Positions 1-12,804 are shown, numbered from the stretch's first letter. The stretch: 64,000 bases of DNA from the human T2T-CHM13v2.0 reference genome, Homo sapiens (GCF_009914755.1 NC_060943.1); one strand, 5' to 3'. Program-made: numbers and translations. Notes: generated by a model not told the origin, from the letters alone.

Positions 1-67
1 TGCTGGCTTTCATCCATATCCCACCCGCTATGTCCTGTCTTCTTGTTCTGTCTCTCTCTCCCAACAG

Positions 68-110
68 GCAAGAAGGTGAAGTGCAGGAAGGCGGACTCCA
101 GGTCTGAGAG
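68..110 (+). CDS. FXYD7: FXYD7 internal coding exon (cytoplasmic tail, ..SKKVKCRKADSRSES)
   Basis: Polypyrimidine tract and cag acceptor end at 67. Reads (A)GC AAG AAG GTG AAG TGC AGG AAG GCG GAC TCC AGG TCT GAG AG|gt, matching the known FXYD7 tail. Upstream exons are outside the window. Confidence 0.93.
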
Positions 111-260
111 GTCTGGCAGCAGTGGGCAAAGAGCGGGAGGGGGCCTCGGGGTGCCTCCCTAGCAGATGGGCAGGATCCACTGGGCCTGCCATGCGTTTTC
201 CCCAAAGCCTATGGTTATTGAACCTCTTTCTACTTTTCTCTCTCATCTCTGCCTCCACAG

Positions 261-301
261 CCCAACCTGCAAATCCTGTAAGTCTGAGCTTCCCTCTTCA
301 G
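261..301 (+). CDS. FXYD7: FXYD7 penultimate coding exon (PTCKSCKSELPSS)
   Basis: ccacag| acceptor at 260 and G|gtgagg donor at 302; frame continues from the previous exon. Confidence 0.95.
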
Positions 302-484
302 GTGAGGGTGAGAAACTGTGTGGTTCTGGGAGAGTTTTAGGTGGGGCAGGGAAGGGAACCCTCAGAAGGGAAGTCGCGGGGATGGACTGGACGCAGGGGG
401 CGGAGGGGGGGTGGTGCCTGCAGATATCACAGGACAATTCCCTAGGAAGCTGAGGAAATTCCGCAGATGAAAGATGCTAAACCT

Positions 485-840
485 GGCTGGGCGCGGTGGC
501 TCATGCCTGTAATTCCAACACTTTGGGAGGCTGAGGCAGGCAGATCACCTGAGGTCAGGAGATCGAGATCAGCCCGGCCAACATGGTGAAACACCGTCTC
601 TGCTAAAAATGCAAAAATTAGCCGGGCATGGTGGTGCGCACCTGTAATCCCAGCTACTCAGGAGGCTGAGGCAAGAGAATCACCTGAACCTGGGAGGTGG
701 AGGTTGCAATGAGCTGAGGTTGTGCCACTCCACTCCAGCCTGGGTGATAGAGTGAGACTGTCAAAAAAAAAAAAAAAAAAAAAAAAAGAGGAAGGAAGAA
801 ATGAAGGAAGGAAGGGAGGGAGGGAGGGAAAAGAAAGATG
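485..840 (+). mobile_element. AluS with GA-rich microsatellite grown in the A-tail
   Basis: Alu consensus; TSD GATGCTAAACC at 473-483 and 840-850. Confidence 0.93.
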
Positions 841-999
841 ATGCTAAACCGTGGGGAGGCTGTGGGATGTGACATGTCCCAGAGTCCACAGAGATTCCCA
901 GAAACAAATGCTCAAGCCTATAAAAGCCAGGACAAGCTGATTTGCCAGGAGAGGAAGACACAGGCCTGTGAAGAGAAGGGCCCCATGTGGGAGGAGCTC

Positions 1000-1420
1000 T
1001 GTCAATCAGGAGGGAGAGAGAGGGAGCACTGAGGAAGACGGGGAGAGGCTTTCCAGACTTGATCGTTCAGCCAGGCAGATCCAGGATGAAATAGCCGAGG
1101 AAGCGGGACAGAGGGAGGGAGGGAAGGTTTCTGAATAGTTGCATCAAAATAACAAAAAGAGAGATGAATAGAATGCAGATTTTAGAATTCACATTGGAAA
1201 AGAACATATGGGATGCAGGGAATGTGAGGATGGAGAAGAAAGCTGGGAAGAACAGGAGGGGATAGAGTGGAGAGGACGGAGGTGTTGGGGAGAATGTGGG
1301 AAGGAGGAGCCCAGGAAGGAAGGGGAGGAGGATGGGAGGAGGAGGGCGTGGAGGGTGGAGGAGGGAGAATGGGTGTAAGCATGGAAAGTGTAAAGGGAGA
1401 GCGAGAGGGATGCAGGGCAA
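1000..1420 (+). repeat. Purine (GA)-rich low-complexity tract in the FXYD7 last intron
   Basis: Strong A/G strand bias with GGA/GGGA motifs. Confidence 0.6.
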
Positions 1421-1662
1421 GCATGTCAACGAAAGACTGATTTCTTTGAGGCTGTTAATTTTAATTATGTAAAAATATCTTGACCTGTTTTTAGTGGAAA
1501 TGCAGCCTTTCTGGAGACTTGTAAAAGAACAGAAATGGGAATTTCTGTGTCTCTTATAAAGTTCTTATAACTAAAAAAAAAAAAAAAAAAAAAAATGCGG
1601 GAGGGGGACACGGGTTATTCAATGGTTGAGAAGTATTTGGTGTGGAATTTGTTTCACGTTCC

Positions 1663-1984
1663 TTTTTTTTTTTTTTTTTTTTTTTTTGAGACAGAGTCTT
1701 GCTGTGTCCTCTGTTGCCCAGGCTGGAGTGCAGTGGCACGATCTCAGCTTATTACAACACTGCAACCTCTGCGTCCTGGGTTCAAGCGATTCTCCTGCCT
1801 CAGCCTCCCAAATAGCTGGGACTACAGGCACACACCACCACACCCGGCTAATTTTTATATCTTTAGCAGAGATGGTGGTTCACCATTTTGGCCAGGCTGG
1901 TCTCAAACTCCTGACCTCAAACGATCCGCCATCCTCGGCCTCCCAAAGTGCTTGGATTACAGGCGTGAGCCACAGCGCTTGGCC
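1663..1984 (-). mobile_element. AluS (antisense)
   Basis: T-run plus reverse Alu consensus; TSD-like TGTTTCAyGTT on both sides. Confidence 0.93.
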
Positions 1985-2518
1985 TGTTTCATGTTTATTT
2001 AATGAGTTTTAAAACATGAACAAGGCACTTATGGATGCGTGGGGCAGCATGGGGGTTGGCCTTGTCACCTGGGGCACAGCTGAAGACTTTGCACAGGTTT
2101 CTGGTCTATCCTAGGTGAATGATGGTCTGCAGCGGGTGGGGAATGGGGGACTTCCCGTTGTATCCAAATGTTCAGGACAGGGAGTGTAGGAAAGGAGTGA
2201 GGGTGTAGGAGGAGATTGCAAATGGGAAGGGAGATGGGGACTCCCTTTCTGGCAGGCGGATAGCCCCAAAAGCCCAGGTTGGGTCTGGGGTCGCCAGCCC
2301 CGTAGCAGGTGTTTCTCTCCATGACAGCAGCCAGGAGGTGTCCCCAAGGGAACAAGACATTAGAGTGTGGGAGGCAAGACAGCTCCTCAGTGTTAGCTCT
2401 GGGGTGACAGTCCCTGGGGTCTGGCTTCCATGGTGCCGGGGAATGGAGAGCCAACGAGCTGTGGGGAGGGAGGCAGTTTCCACCTTTCTAGTGGCTCACG
2501 CACCCCCTCTCTCCCCAG

Positions 2519-2541
2519 CCCCTGGTGGCGGCGGCGTGTAA
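2519..2541 (+). CDS. FXYD7: FXYD7 terminal exon coding part (APGGGGV*)
   Basis: ctctccccag| acceptor at 2518; (G)CC CCT GGT GGC GGC GGC GTG TAA gives the characteristic FXYD7 C-terminus. Confidence 0.95.
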
Positions 2542-2898
2542 CACCTTCCCGAGGAAACTCCGCTGCCGACCCTGCCTGAGCGCGGGAGCCTGAGGACCGG
2601 GTGGAGGCGGTGGGGACCCAGCCGCGCGCCGGGAGCGCTCCCCGGAATGAGCCGCCCCACCCACCCCAAGGCTGGAGCCGCTGCACCCTGCTGTCCCTCT
2701 CCAGGCCTTGGCAATGACGATCCCCCAAAGAGCCCGTCTGCACCCCAGACCCAGGGCCTCAGGCCTCCAGCTCCTGGGATCCGGGAGTCCATCCCGGCCC
2801 AGCACCCCCAGCATCCCCGTGTATGGCCCCCCTGCACCTCCTTGTCTCATCCCCGAAGATCCGTCCCCCTGGCCCCTCAGTGTCCATGTCTTGAGCTT

Positions 2899-2904
2899 AA
2901 TAAA
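2899..2904 (+). terminator. FXYD7: FXYD7 polyadenylation signal AATAAA (3' UTR 2542 to about 2925)
   Basis: AATAAA followed by T/GT-rich downstream element (ttctgtctgtgtgttct). Confidence 0.85.
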
Positions 2905-3334
2905 TGTGCATTTGGTTTTTTCCTCTGTTCTGTCTGTGTGTTCTCATCTGTGGGGCACGGTGTGGGTAGGGGTGCAGAACTGAACCTGGGGTAGCTCTCC
3001 CCTGCGTGCCCGGAGTCGCCCCCTCTTCATTCTCCTCCCCCAGTGCCCCGAGATGCCCCCCTTCAATCCCTTCTCCTTCCTCAACACCTCCGGATTTGTC
3101 CTTTCCCTTCCTCCAGCGACCCCAGAATAGAGCCCTCCCGTTTCTCCCCCTGCTCTCTCAGAGGCGTCCACTCACCCTAGACCTGCCTGCCCCATCCCCG
3201 TTCCCACCCTCTCCCACCACTATGCCCTCACCCCTGCCCCCCGTCGCCCTCAGCGATTCCCCCTCCTGCTCCCACCCCGGGCTCTGAAGCCAGGAAACCC
3301 AAGAGGAAATGACTGAGCCCGTCTGGGTCCCCGC

Positions 3335-3434
3335 CCGCTCGCGCTCCCCTGGCCACACCCTCCGCCTGGACGCAGCAGCCACCGCCGCGTCCCTCTCTCC
3401 ACGAGGCTGCCGGCTTAGGACCCCCAGCTCCGAC
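3335..3434 (+). other. FXYD5: FXYD5 non-coding exon 1 (TSS approximate; alternative donor extends it to 3494)
   Basis: Strong donor GAC|GTAAGT at 3434/3435 and second donor CAG|GTGGGT at 3494/3495, just downstream of a GC box in the CpG-rich region. Confidence 0.7.
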
Positions 3435-4175
3435 GTAAGTCCCTCTCGCGCGCCACCTCCATCCGCTGCCCCTCTGCCCACGGGCCGGGCTCAGGTGGGT
3501 AGGGGTTTGACCCCTTCCGCTCCTCTCCGCCCCCCATCCACGCCCACATCTCTCTGCCTCCTCTCCTGGGCTACAGTGGGCCGCTCTGCCTCGCTCCCGC
3601 CCGCCTGCCTCAGTCTCCCCAGCTCTCTGCCACCCCCCTCGGACCAGTGCCTCTTAGGTCTCTCCAGCGCGCCATCCCTGCAAGGCGGCCCCTGACACCA
3701 ACTCACTTTTTCCTCTGAGCGCGGGAGGCGTTACTCACTCTTCCTCCTTCCCCTCCTCGCCGACTCCCGGGCTCTGGGCCCCTGGGGGAGGGAAGAGGCC
3801 TCCTATCTACTCCTCTGCCCCAGTCCCCTCCTTGCGTCAGTCCCAGTGAGGGATAAGCGCCTGGCGGAAGGCGCAGGGAGGTGTTTCTCTGCTTCAGGAG
3901 TGCCCGCCGGCCCTTGCAGCTGCTGGAAGACCCATTTATCTCATGCTTCTTGTTTTCTTTGGGGACCTGCAGGGGAAGGAAGCAGGGTGACGGTTTGGTA
4001 TCCCCACCTAAGACCCTCCCCTTTCCCCTGAGGCCAGCCGTCAGCCCCTGGCAGGGGGTCTTGGAAGCCAGAGGTTTTTGCTCAGGGCAGGGAAAGGGCT
4101 GCAGGATCCCCGGGGGCTGCCGGAGGTCGGTCTCACTGACATCATGGCTGACCCCAGCATCGCCTGGTCCCACAG

Positions 4176-4236
4176 ATGTCGCCCTCTGGTCGCCTGTGTC
4201 TTCTCACCATCGTTGGCCTGATTCTCCCCACCAGAG
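4176..4236 (+). CDS. FXYD5: FXYD5 (dysadherin) exon 2, signal peptide MSPSGRLCLLTIVGLILPTR
   Basis: cacag|ATG acceptor; G|gtaaga donor; 61 nt; known dysadherin N-terminus. Confidence 0.97.
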
Positions 4237-4759
4237 GTAAGACCCATCTCTGGCCTCCACCCTGCCCCAGAGCCCCCAGCCAGGCCAGCCCCACGTGTGC
4301 TGCGGGGTGGGTGGTTGGCCCGTGTGAACGTTGTCCTGCCCTGTCACCCTCCCGCTGAGCCGGCACCAGGAAGTGGGGATCCCTATGGCGGGGCGACGTT
4401 ACACCCTCTTTGGACACCTCAGACCCGGGTGGCTGCTTCCAGTGAGTCTGGCCAGGGCCTGTCCTGCTGAGCATCCTCCAATTTCACCTCCAAGAAGAAC
4501 TCACTGAGTTTCATTTGGCGGGGAGATTGGTGTCGGTTTTCTACTCAGCAGCCAGGAAACCTAGGCTCCCAGAGTCCCCAGGCATTACACAGTTAGGCAA
4601 AGCTGTTGAGCTGGGGTTAGTCCAAAGAGTTGGCAACATCTCAGCCTTGCCTGGAAAGTGTCTCCTGAAAGATGGGAACCACAGGGGGGTATTGATCGTT
4701 CTTTCTGTGTGGCAGGTGTGGTGTGTGTTAGGTCAGTTAGGCTTTGCCTCTGACAGTCA

Positions 4760-5800
4760 GTCACACCTGTTGTCTTGCCCATTTTACTGATGAGGAAACT
4801 GAGGCTCAGCGAAGGGAAGTGCCCTGTGTCAGAGGAGAATGGGTGGAGGAGCTGAGAAAACAACTGTCCTGCCTGCCCCCAGAACCCAGGGTGCATGCCC
4901 CACTGAAGGCGCCCTCATTTCTCCTTCATAAAATGATTTTCATATACTCGTTCAGTCATTTGACAAATATTTATTGAGCACCTACTATGTGCTAGATATT
5001 CTGTGCACTGGGGAAACAGCACTGAATAAAACAAGAGGTCACACTCTAGTGGAGAGAGACAAGTTAGTAAATTATATCGTGTGCTAGGAGGTGATACGTG
5101 CTTGCAGAAAAGTAGAGGTAATGAGGATTGTTTAAACTGGGTGGTCAGGGAGGGCCTCACTGAGGAGGTGACATTTGGACCAACAAACACTTGGAGGAAA
5201 TGAGGGAATGAGCTTTGCAGGTGTCTGGGGGCTGAGTGTTGTCTGGTGTGTTTTAAGAATAGCAGGCAGGTGGGGTGGCTGGGTTGGGATGAGAAGGGGC
5301 AGAGTGGGATGACGAGAGGACAGAGAAGTGATGGGACCAGATGGAGGAGGACTTACGGGCCACGTGAGGGCTTTGCTTTTATGTGGAGTGAAGTGCAGCC
5401 AGGGCAGGGCTCTGAACCAGGCGGGCCCCGACCTGACTCAGGTGGTCCCAGGCTCCCTCTGGCTGCAGGTTGGAACAGACTGTGGGGGCGGAGACAGGAG
5501 CAGGGAGCCCAAGAAGGAGGCTGCTGGGATGTCCAGGCTGGAGGGTACAGAGGCAGGACCAGGATGGGGGCAGTGGAGTTATCCAGCACTGACCACATGG
5601 TAAGCCGTGTGGGAGACCCTTTCCCTGCTCTGTGTCATTTCACCCTATCTACAGCCCTGTGAAGTAGATTCAGTTATTATCCCTGCTTTGCAGATGAAGC
5701 AACTGAGGCTCAGAGAAAGGACTTCACTTGTTCCAGGTCACACAGCAAGAAAGTTGTTGGGGGCAGGATTTGAAACCAGGGCCCAGGCTCACCCTAGCAC
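4760..5800. mobile_element. MIR and L2 fragments in FXYD5 intron 2
   Basis: MIR core (ccattttac..gatgaggaaactgaggctcag) at about 4780 and 5690; L2 3' end (cattcagtcatttgacaaatatttattgagcacctactatgtgc) at about 4950. Confidence 0.7.
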
Positions 5801-6045
5801 CTGGGCTCACTAGACTAAACTGACTTTCCCATCCCACAGGGATGGGCGGGGAGGGGGACTAGAAGAAGGGTTCCCAGGCATTGGCATAGCTGAAAACACT
5901 TTCAGAATTATGGATTGATGCAGCCAAAGCTGAGTGATTCCACCAGCAGACAGGACCCCTAAGGTTTCACCAGGGAGGCGAGGGCGGGGGTGGTGAGAGG
6001 AGGGGGACCAGGCTCCCTCCTGACTTCTCATCCTTGATTCCCCAG

Positions 6046-6126
6046 GACAGACGTTGAAAGATACCACGTCCAGTTCTTCAGCAGACTCAACTATCATGGA
6101 CATTCAGGTCCCGACACGAGCCCCAG
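6046..6126 (+). CDS. FXYD5: FXYD5 exon 3 (GQTLKDTTSSSSADSTIMDIQVPTRAP)
   Basis: cccag| and |gtgagg; 81 nt, phase 1-1. Confidence 0.97.
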
Positions 6127-6154
6127 GTGAGGAAAGGGACACATCTATCAAGAT

Positions 6155-6660
6155 CCTGTCATTGCAAATAACAACAGCAACAAAAATCCCAAACTTGGAC
6201 CAAACAAGGGAATTTATGGATTTATGTAACGAAAAAGTCCAGGTACAGACCTTCAGGCATGGCTTGATCTAGGTGCTCAAATGATGCTATCAGAACCTCT
6301 CTCCACCTCTTGGTTCTGTTTTCTCTGTGTTGGCTTCATTTTCAGGAAGAGTCTCCTCTCATGGGGCCAAGATGATCCCTTGAAGCCTGGGGCTGTCATC
6401 CTGTCTGCTAAGAATCCCAGCAAGAGAATTTCCTTTCCCCAGTCCAGCAAATGTCCCAGAACTGAGTTATCTTTGGCCAGGCTCAGGTCGTATCCCTGAG
6501 CTGGCCACTGTGGCCACAGGCATAGAAAGCTGATTGGCCAGGCCTGGGTTCCATGTCCAACCTCCACCAGGGCTGGTGTCAGCCCCGCTGAATAAAGTGG
6601 ACCAAGAGTCAGGGAAGGATGGTCCCTAAAGGAAGTTCTGGGGGCTTTTATCAGAGCAGG
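6155..6660. mobile_element. MaLR LTR (MLT1J/K-like)
   Basis: Resembles MLT1 consensus (cttcaggcatggcttgatctaggtgctcaaatgatg); paralogous to 9800-10390. Confidence 0.55.
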
Positions 6661-6968
6661 TGCATTTGGGAAGCTGAGTTAAACATGTTTTTTTAGGCAG
6701 CACTTCTCAGAGTCTTGAGAAAGACAATTTGCAGCCAGCATCTCGAAGAAGGAGCTGTAGTGTGGCATCTGTGGGACGTAAGGTCCCAAAGAAGGGGACA
6801 TATTGGTTACACATTTCGGCAGTTAGCAAATGGCTGGATTAATTAAGCCATTTCTATTACATTAAAGTTGAGTTGCTACGGGAATCTCTGGCATCTCCAC
6901 CCATAGACCTTGCCCACTTCTTTTTCTCTCTCCTTTTCTCTCCGTGACTCCTTGTTTCTGGACTCCAG

Positions 6969-7025
6969 ATGCAGTCTACACAGAACTCCAGCCCACCTCT
7001 CCGACCCCAACCTGGCCTGCTGATG
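6969..7025 (+). CDS. FXYD5: FXYD5 exon 4 (DAVYTELQPTSPTPTWPAD)
   Basis: ctccag| and |gtgagt; 57 nt, phase 1-1. Confidence 0.97.
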
Positions 7026-7318
7026 GTGAGTAGTGCAGGGGCAGGGGGCGGGGACAGGACCAAGACAAACAAAGTTTCCCCTCTTCCTCTGACACTATAG
7101 GTCTTTGGTTGCCCATTTCAGTCCCTACTCCCAGCTCTGAATGCCCTGGTTTACTCTGGGTGGGGACAGCCAACTCCATTCAATTCTTTAGAAAAAGAAA
7201 ACCAAAACGCTTTTGAAATTGTGAAATTAACATGCATATAGAAAAATACAAAACCCATAAATTTACAGTGTAATAACTTACTCTAAATTGAATCCCTATG
7301 TAACTACCAACCGGGTCA

Positions 7319-7765
<447 letters not shown>

Positions 7766-8548
7766 GTGCTCCCTGATTTTTTCAATCGATGTTTAAAGAC
7801 ACAGTAGTACAAAAACACATTCTGCCTGGAAAGAATAAAATGATTGTAGGCAAAACTAAACCCCTTTGTCACCTCCCCTCCCCAATCCTCGTTCTCTCCC
7901 TCTGTCTCTGAGAGGTCCCCACTGTCAGCATTGGGGTAGGTCCCCAGTGATACCACATCCCATGTATATTACTTGGAGAAAATGCACTGACTGTGTGCTG
8001 TGTTTGTGTGAGCTTAAGGAGACCTTATGATTGTTCTGCAGCTTGCTTTGTTTCTTCGTGCAGTCGTATGTTTGGAAGTTCTTCTCACATCACTGCATAA
8101 AGACTTGTTTTGTTTTCTCTCCTGCCTGGTATTCCACAAGGCGCCTATATCACAGCTTATGGAGTCACACACTTCTTGATGAACATGTTGGCTGTTTCCA
8201 GCTTTTTCTGTCTACACACAGCACCACAATGAGCAACTTTGTCCCTTCCTCCTTGAGCAAACGCACTTGGAATATGTACTGACTATGTGCTGGTCATGGT
8301 TCTAAATATTTTGCGTATGTTAACTCATTCAACCTTCACGCAAACCCTAAGAGGCAGAAATTACCATTGTCCCCATTTTACAGACAAGGAAACAGAGGCT
8401 GTGAGTAACTGGTTCAAGGTCTCACAACAAGTCAGGGACGCAGCTGGAATCGAAGTCCAGGAATCTGGCACCAGAGCCTGTGCTTTTATCCAAGACAATA
8501 CAGGGCAAAGGACATGCATGCTTAATGTTTTAAAATTTGCCCTCCTGC

Positions 8549-8889
<341 letters not shown>

Positions 8890-8982
8890 CTAACCCACCA
8901 GCAGTGTGCAGGAGTGTCCCCCTTCCCAACCCTACAGTGACACTTGGTATACTGACATTTTCAGGTTTTGCCAGCCTCTTAG

Positions 8983-9270
<288 letters not shown>

Positions 9271-9333
9271 CCAATTCTCTTTCCCCAGTGACTCTTTCTT
9301 ATCCTTCCCTCCTTGCTCTCCTGACCTGAATAG

Positions 9334-9426
9334 AAACACCACAACCCCAGACCCAGACCCAGCAACTGGAAGGAACGGATGGGCCTCTAGTGACAGATCC
9401 AGAGACACACAAGAGCACCAAAGCAG
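9334..9426 (+). CDS. FXYD5: FXYD5 exon 5 (ETPQPQTQTQQLEGTDGPLVTDPETHKSTKA)
   Basis: aatag| and |gtatag; 93 nt, phase 1-1. Confidence 0.96.
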
Positions 9427-9799
9427 GTATAGCATGGGACTGAGAGCAGCAGCCTACGATTTTTGTTTAATTCTCTATCTAGGTCAACATTTCCCTCAGT
9501 ACGTTTCTCAGTGCCCCTGTTTGGGGAATTGTTAATACATTTAAAAAAAATGTTTTTGGTTTGTGGTCAAAGTTATTTGGGGAACCCTGAGTTAAAGTTA
9601 ACCATGTTTCTTTGTGGCAGGACTTCTGAGAGTCTTCATTAAGCTAATTTTCAGCAAAGGATCCCCAAGGGGCAGCGTGCAGTATGCAGTGTTTCCCTAA
9701 CTGATAGACTTTGGAACTTTCTTTCTGTCAGTTCCCCTCGGAGGGCTGGGGCTATAGAATGTGCCTGTGGATATTTCTTTTTTGTACATCTCCTTAATG

Positions 9800-9844
9800 T
9801 TAGAGCAGGAGCTTTTCAGTTGCAAAATATAGAAAATTCACCTT

Positions 9845-9899
<55 letters not shown>

Positions 9900-10390
9900 G
9901 AATGATTGGCTATATAAGTTCTGGAAAGTCCAGAAGTAGCCAACTTCAGGCATAGCTGGATCAAGGCGAGTAAGCACTGTCATGAGTGCTTTGTTCCCTC
10001 TCTTGGTTCTGTTGTCTTCATTCTCTACTAACTTCTCCCCTCTTGATGGCAGAGATGGTCCCATAGTTCTAACTTTAGGTCACATACGTGGTGGCTAGAG
10101 AACAAAATCTTTCCCATTATTTCTAGCCTGAGGCCTAGAATTGACTCTCATTGGTTCAGCTGGAGTCACATGCTCATGTCTGAACCAATGAGAGCCTGAG
10201 AAATGAGCTGCTCTCATTGGTCAGGCCTGAGTCTTGTGCCCCACCCTGGGGCTAGAGAAGAGGCTCAGCCAGCCATGCCTGAACCACATAGACCAAGAGT
10301 CAGGGAAGAGGGGATTTTCCTTTGGACAAGTGAGTTAGTATTACCAGAAGGTGTGGGAAAGGAGACTGAGCTGAGATAAGGCAACAGATC
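9800..10390. mobile_element. MaLR LTR (MLT1J/K-like) containing (CA)n
   Basis: MLT1-type motifs (aacttcaggcatagctggatcaagg; tcattggtcaggcctg). Confidence 0.55.
9847..9897 (+). repeat. (AC)~25 microsatellite
   Basis: Perfect dinucleotide run. Confidence 0.97.
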
Positions 10391-10999
10391 GCCTCTAATG
10401 CCTGCGTGATGATCCTTATTTGAGGGGCAGCCCCACACTGGAAAGTGTTGTAGCGTAGGCCACTCCCAGAGAGACATGTACAGTTGTGCAGACTGGGTAC
10501 TGAACGAGAGCACCACCTCTCGGGCAATGCCATTCCCTTTGTCGGTCTTTATAATTGTTCCAGTTTTCTAGTGATAGCAGCAAAGCATCTCATTCTTACA
10601 GAATCTATCTATTAAAACAATCCTACAATGGATGGAAATAAAGTGCTTTACAGAAGGGAACTTTTCTAGTTTGTACAAAAGTGCACCTGTAGGGGTGGGG
10701 GATAGCAGCTGTGTCCACACTTATCAATGATAAAGCATTCTCACATCACTGCATTAATTTACTGAGTCTTTGCTGACCTGAGTTGCTCTATGTATTGGTC
10801 CATGTTCCTGGATATATGTGACAGAAATTCATCAAGGACAAATGGCTGTCACTGCTGAGCCTCTGGGTTGCCTAGAGGCTGGGCATGAAAGCCCCCAGGG
10901 CCTCTCTTCCTCCTCTATCTTTGCTTCTCTTCCACCTAGGAAGGAAATGGCTCATGTTATTTGAGCCTCCTAGCTCAAAACTTCCAGACTTCACCTAGG

Positions 11000-11372
11000 G
11001 TTTTAATCTGCTCAGGTTACGATAACAAAATACCACAGACTGGATGGCTTAAACAATAGGAATTCATTTCTCCCGGTTCTGGAGATGGGAAGTCCAAGAT
11101 CAAGGTGCCAGAAGGGTTGGTGTCTGTCGAGGGCTCCCCTTGGGTCACAGACAGCCATTCTCTTGCTCTGTCTTCACCATGTCCTCTCCATGTGTGGGTG
11201 GGCTTGTGAGCTTGAAAGCAAGCTCTCTGGTGTCTTCTTATAAGGGCACTAATCCCATCATGAGGGCCCCACCCTCATGATCCTATCTAACCCTAATTAC
11301 CTCCCAAAGGCCCTCGCTCCAAAATACCATCACATGGAATTTGGTGGGGTGGATAGAATTCAGTCTATAGTA
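11000..11372 (-). mobile_element. MaLR LTR (MLT1A/B-like)
   Basis: ataacaaaataccacagactggatggcttaaacaa...aagtccaagatcaaggtgccag; paralogous to 45421-46087. Confidence 0.75.
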
Positions 11373-12053
11373 CCTAGCTGTCACTCAATATCCCTACTTG
11401 GGATTTCAAAGGTCTCAGGGAAGGACCAGACTGAGGTCACAAGCTTCCTTTTGTAGCCTGGGTTATAACTGGGGAAGGGAGGGCAATGTCTTCCCACAAA
11501 GAAAGGGAGAGCTGTTCCAGAAGGAGGAAGAGTGCTGAGCAGACAGTAATAGCAATGGCTGACTTTTGCTGAGAGCTTGTTCATGCTGGGCACTGTGCTA
11601 AGCTTCTGTGTATTCAGTCATTTGATGCTTGTGATCATCCTGTGTGGTGGGAACTGTCATTACTCCCATTTTACAGGAAAAGGAACTGAGGCCCAGAGAG
11701 GTTACTCAGCTTGCCCTAGGCAATACAGCCAAGAGTGGCAGAACCGGAATTTGAGTCCAGACTGTCTCACCCCAGGGTGCATGAGCACCACACACCAGTA
11801 TGGCTGTCCTTCGCATTCCTGTGGTCTCTGCCGTGGATCTGGCTTATACCTTCCTCTGGGCAATGCATTCCCTGAATATCTTGTAATCCTTGGTTGCCAG
11901 TTCCTATTTAGGGTGTGGGGCACTGAGATAATTCCAGGGAACTTGGGTTTCACGAGGGAGCTTCTCTGTCTGCTGGCTTCTTGTTGAGGCCTCCGATGTG
12001 GTGTGGGGGCACTTCTCAGTGCTTGGGGGAGGCCTTTTCTTTGGAGGTACTGA

Positions 12054-12590
<537 letters not shown>

Positions 12591-12804
12591 TAGTCGCAAC
12601 TGGGGCTATGTGCTTATTTCAGCATTTCAATGCCTGTCATTACTTATTGCCTCTAGGTGTGGAGTAGGGGGGATGCCTGACCCTGCACACCAGCTGTGTA
12701 GATGTGGGAGAGGGGTTTCTTCCAGATGCAGACTCTCAGTAATATCCCTTGTTTCTGCCTCCATGGCTCACTCCTGCCCTCCACTGATCTGGCCACTCTC
12801 TCAG

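Larger units (their letters stand above)
2500..4400. promoter_or_regulatory. CpG-rich/GC-rich region covering the FXYD7 last exon, FXYD5 promoter, exon 1 and exon 2
   Basis: Visibly high GC and CpG density versus the rest of the window; GC box CCCCGCCC at about 3329-3336; no TATA box seen. Confidence 0.75.

Noticed and set aside
1067-1429. Hydrophobic Pro/Leu/Phe-rich 120-aa ORF
   Set aside because: Translation of the complement of a GA-rich low-complexity tract.
1595-2012. Long ORFs overlapping Alus (e.g. 1595..2002, 12111..12593, 17420..18058, 50561..51124, 57699..58133, 61609..62070)
   Set aside because: They translate standard Alu frames (LECSG..., WLTPVIPA..., [10 protein letters not shown]); no coding evidence.
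3840-3852. Possible third FXYD5 first-exon donor CCA|GTGAGG
   Set aside because: Weak exonic context; cannot be supported without transcript data.
2065-4474. Many overlapping 70-156 aa ORFs on both strands
   Set aside because: Expected in GC-rich, stop-poor CpG-island sequence; low-complexity P/G/R translations; only the FXYD exons have splice support.
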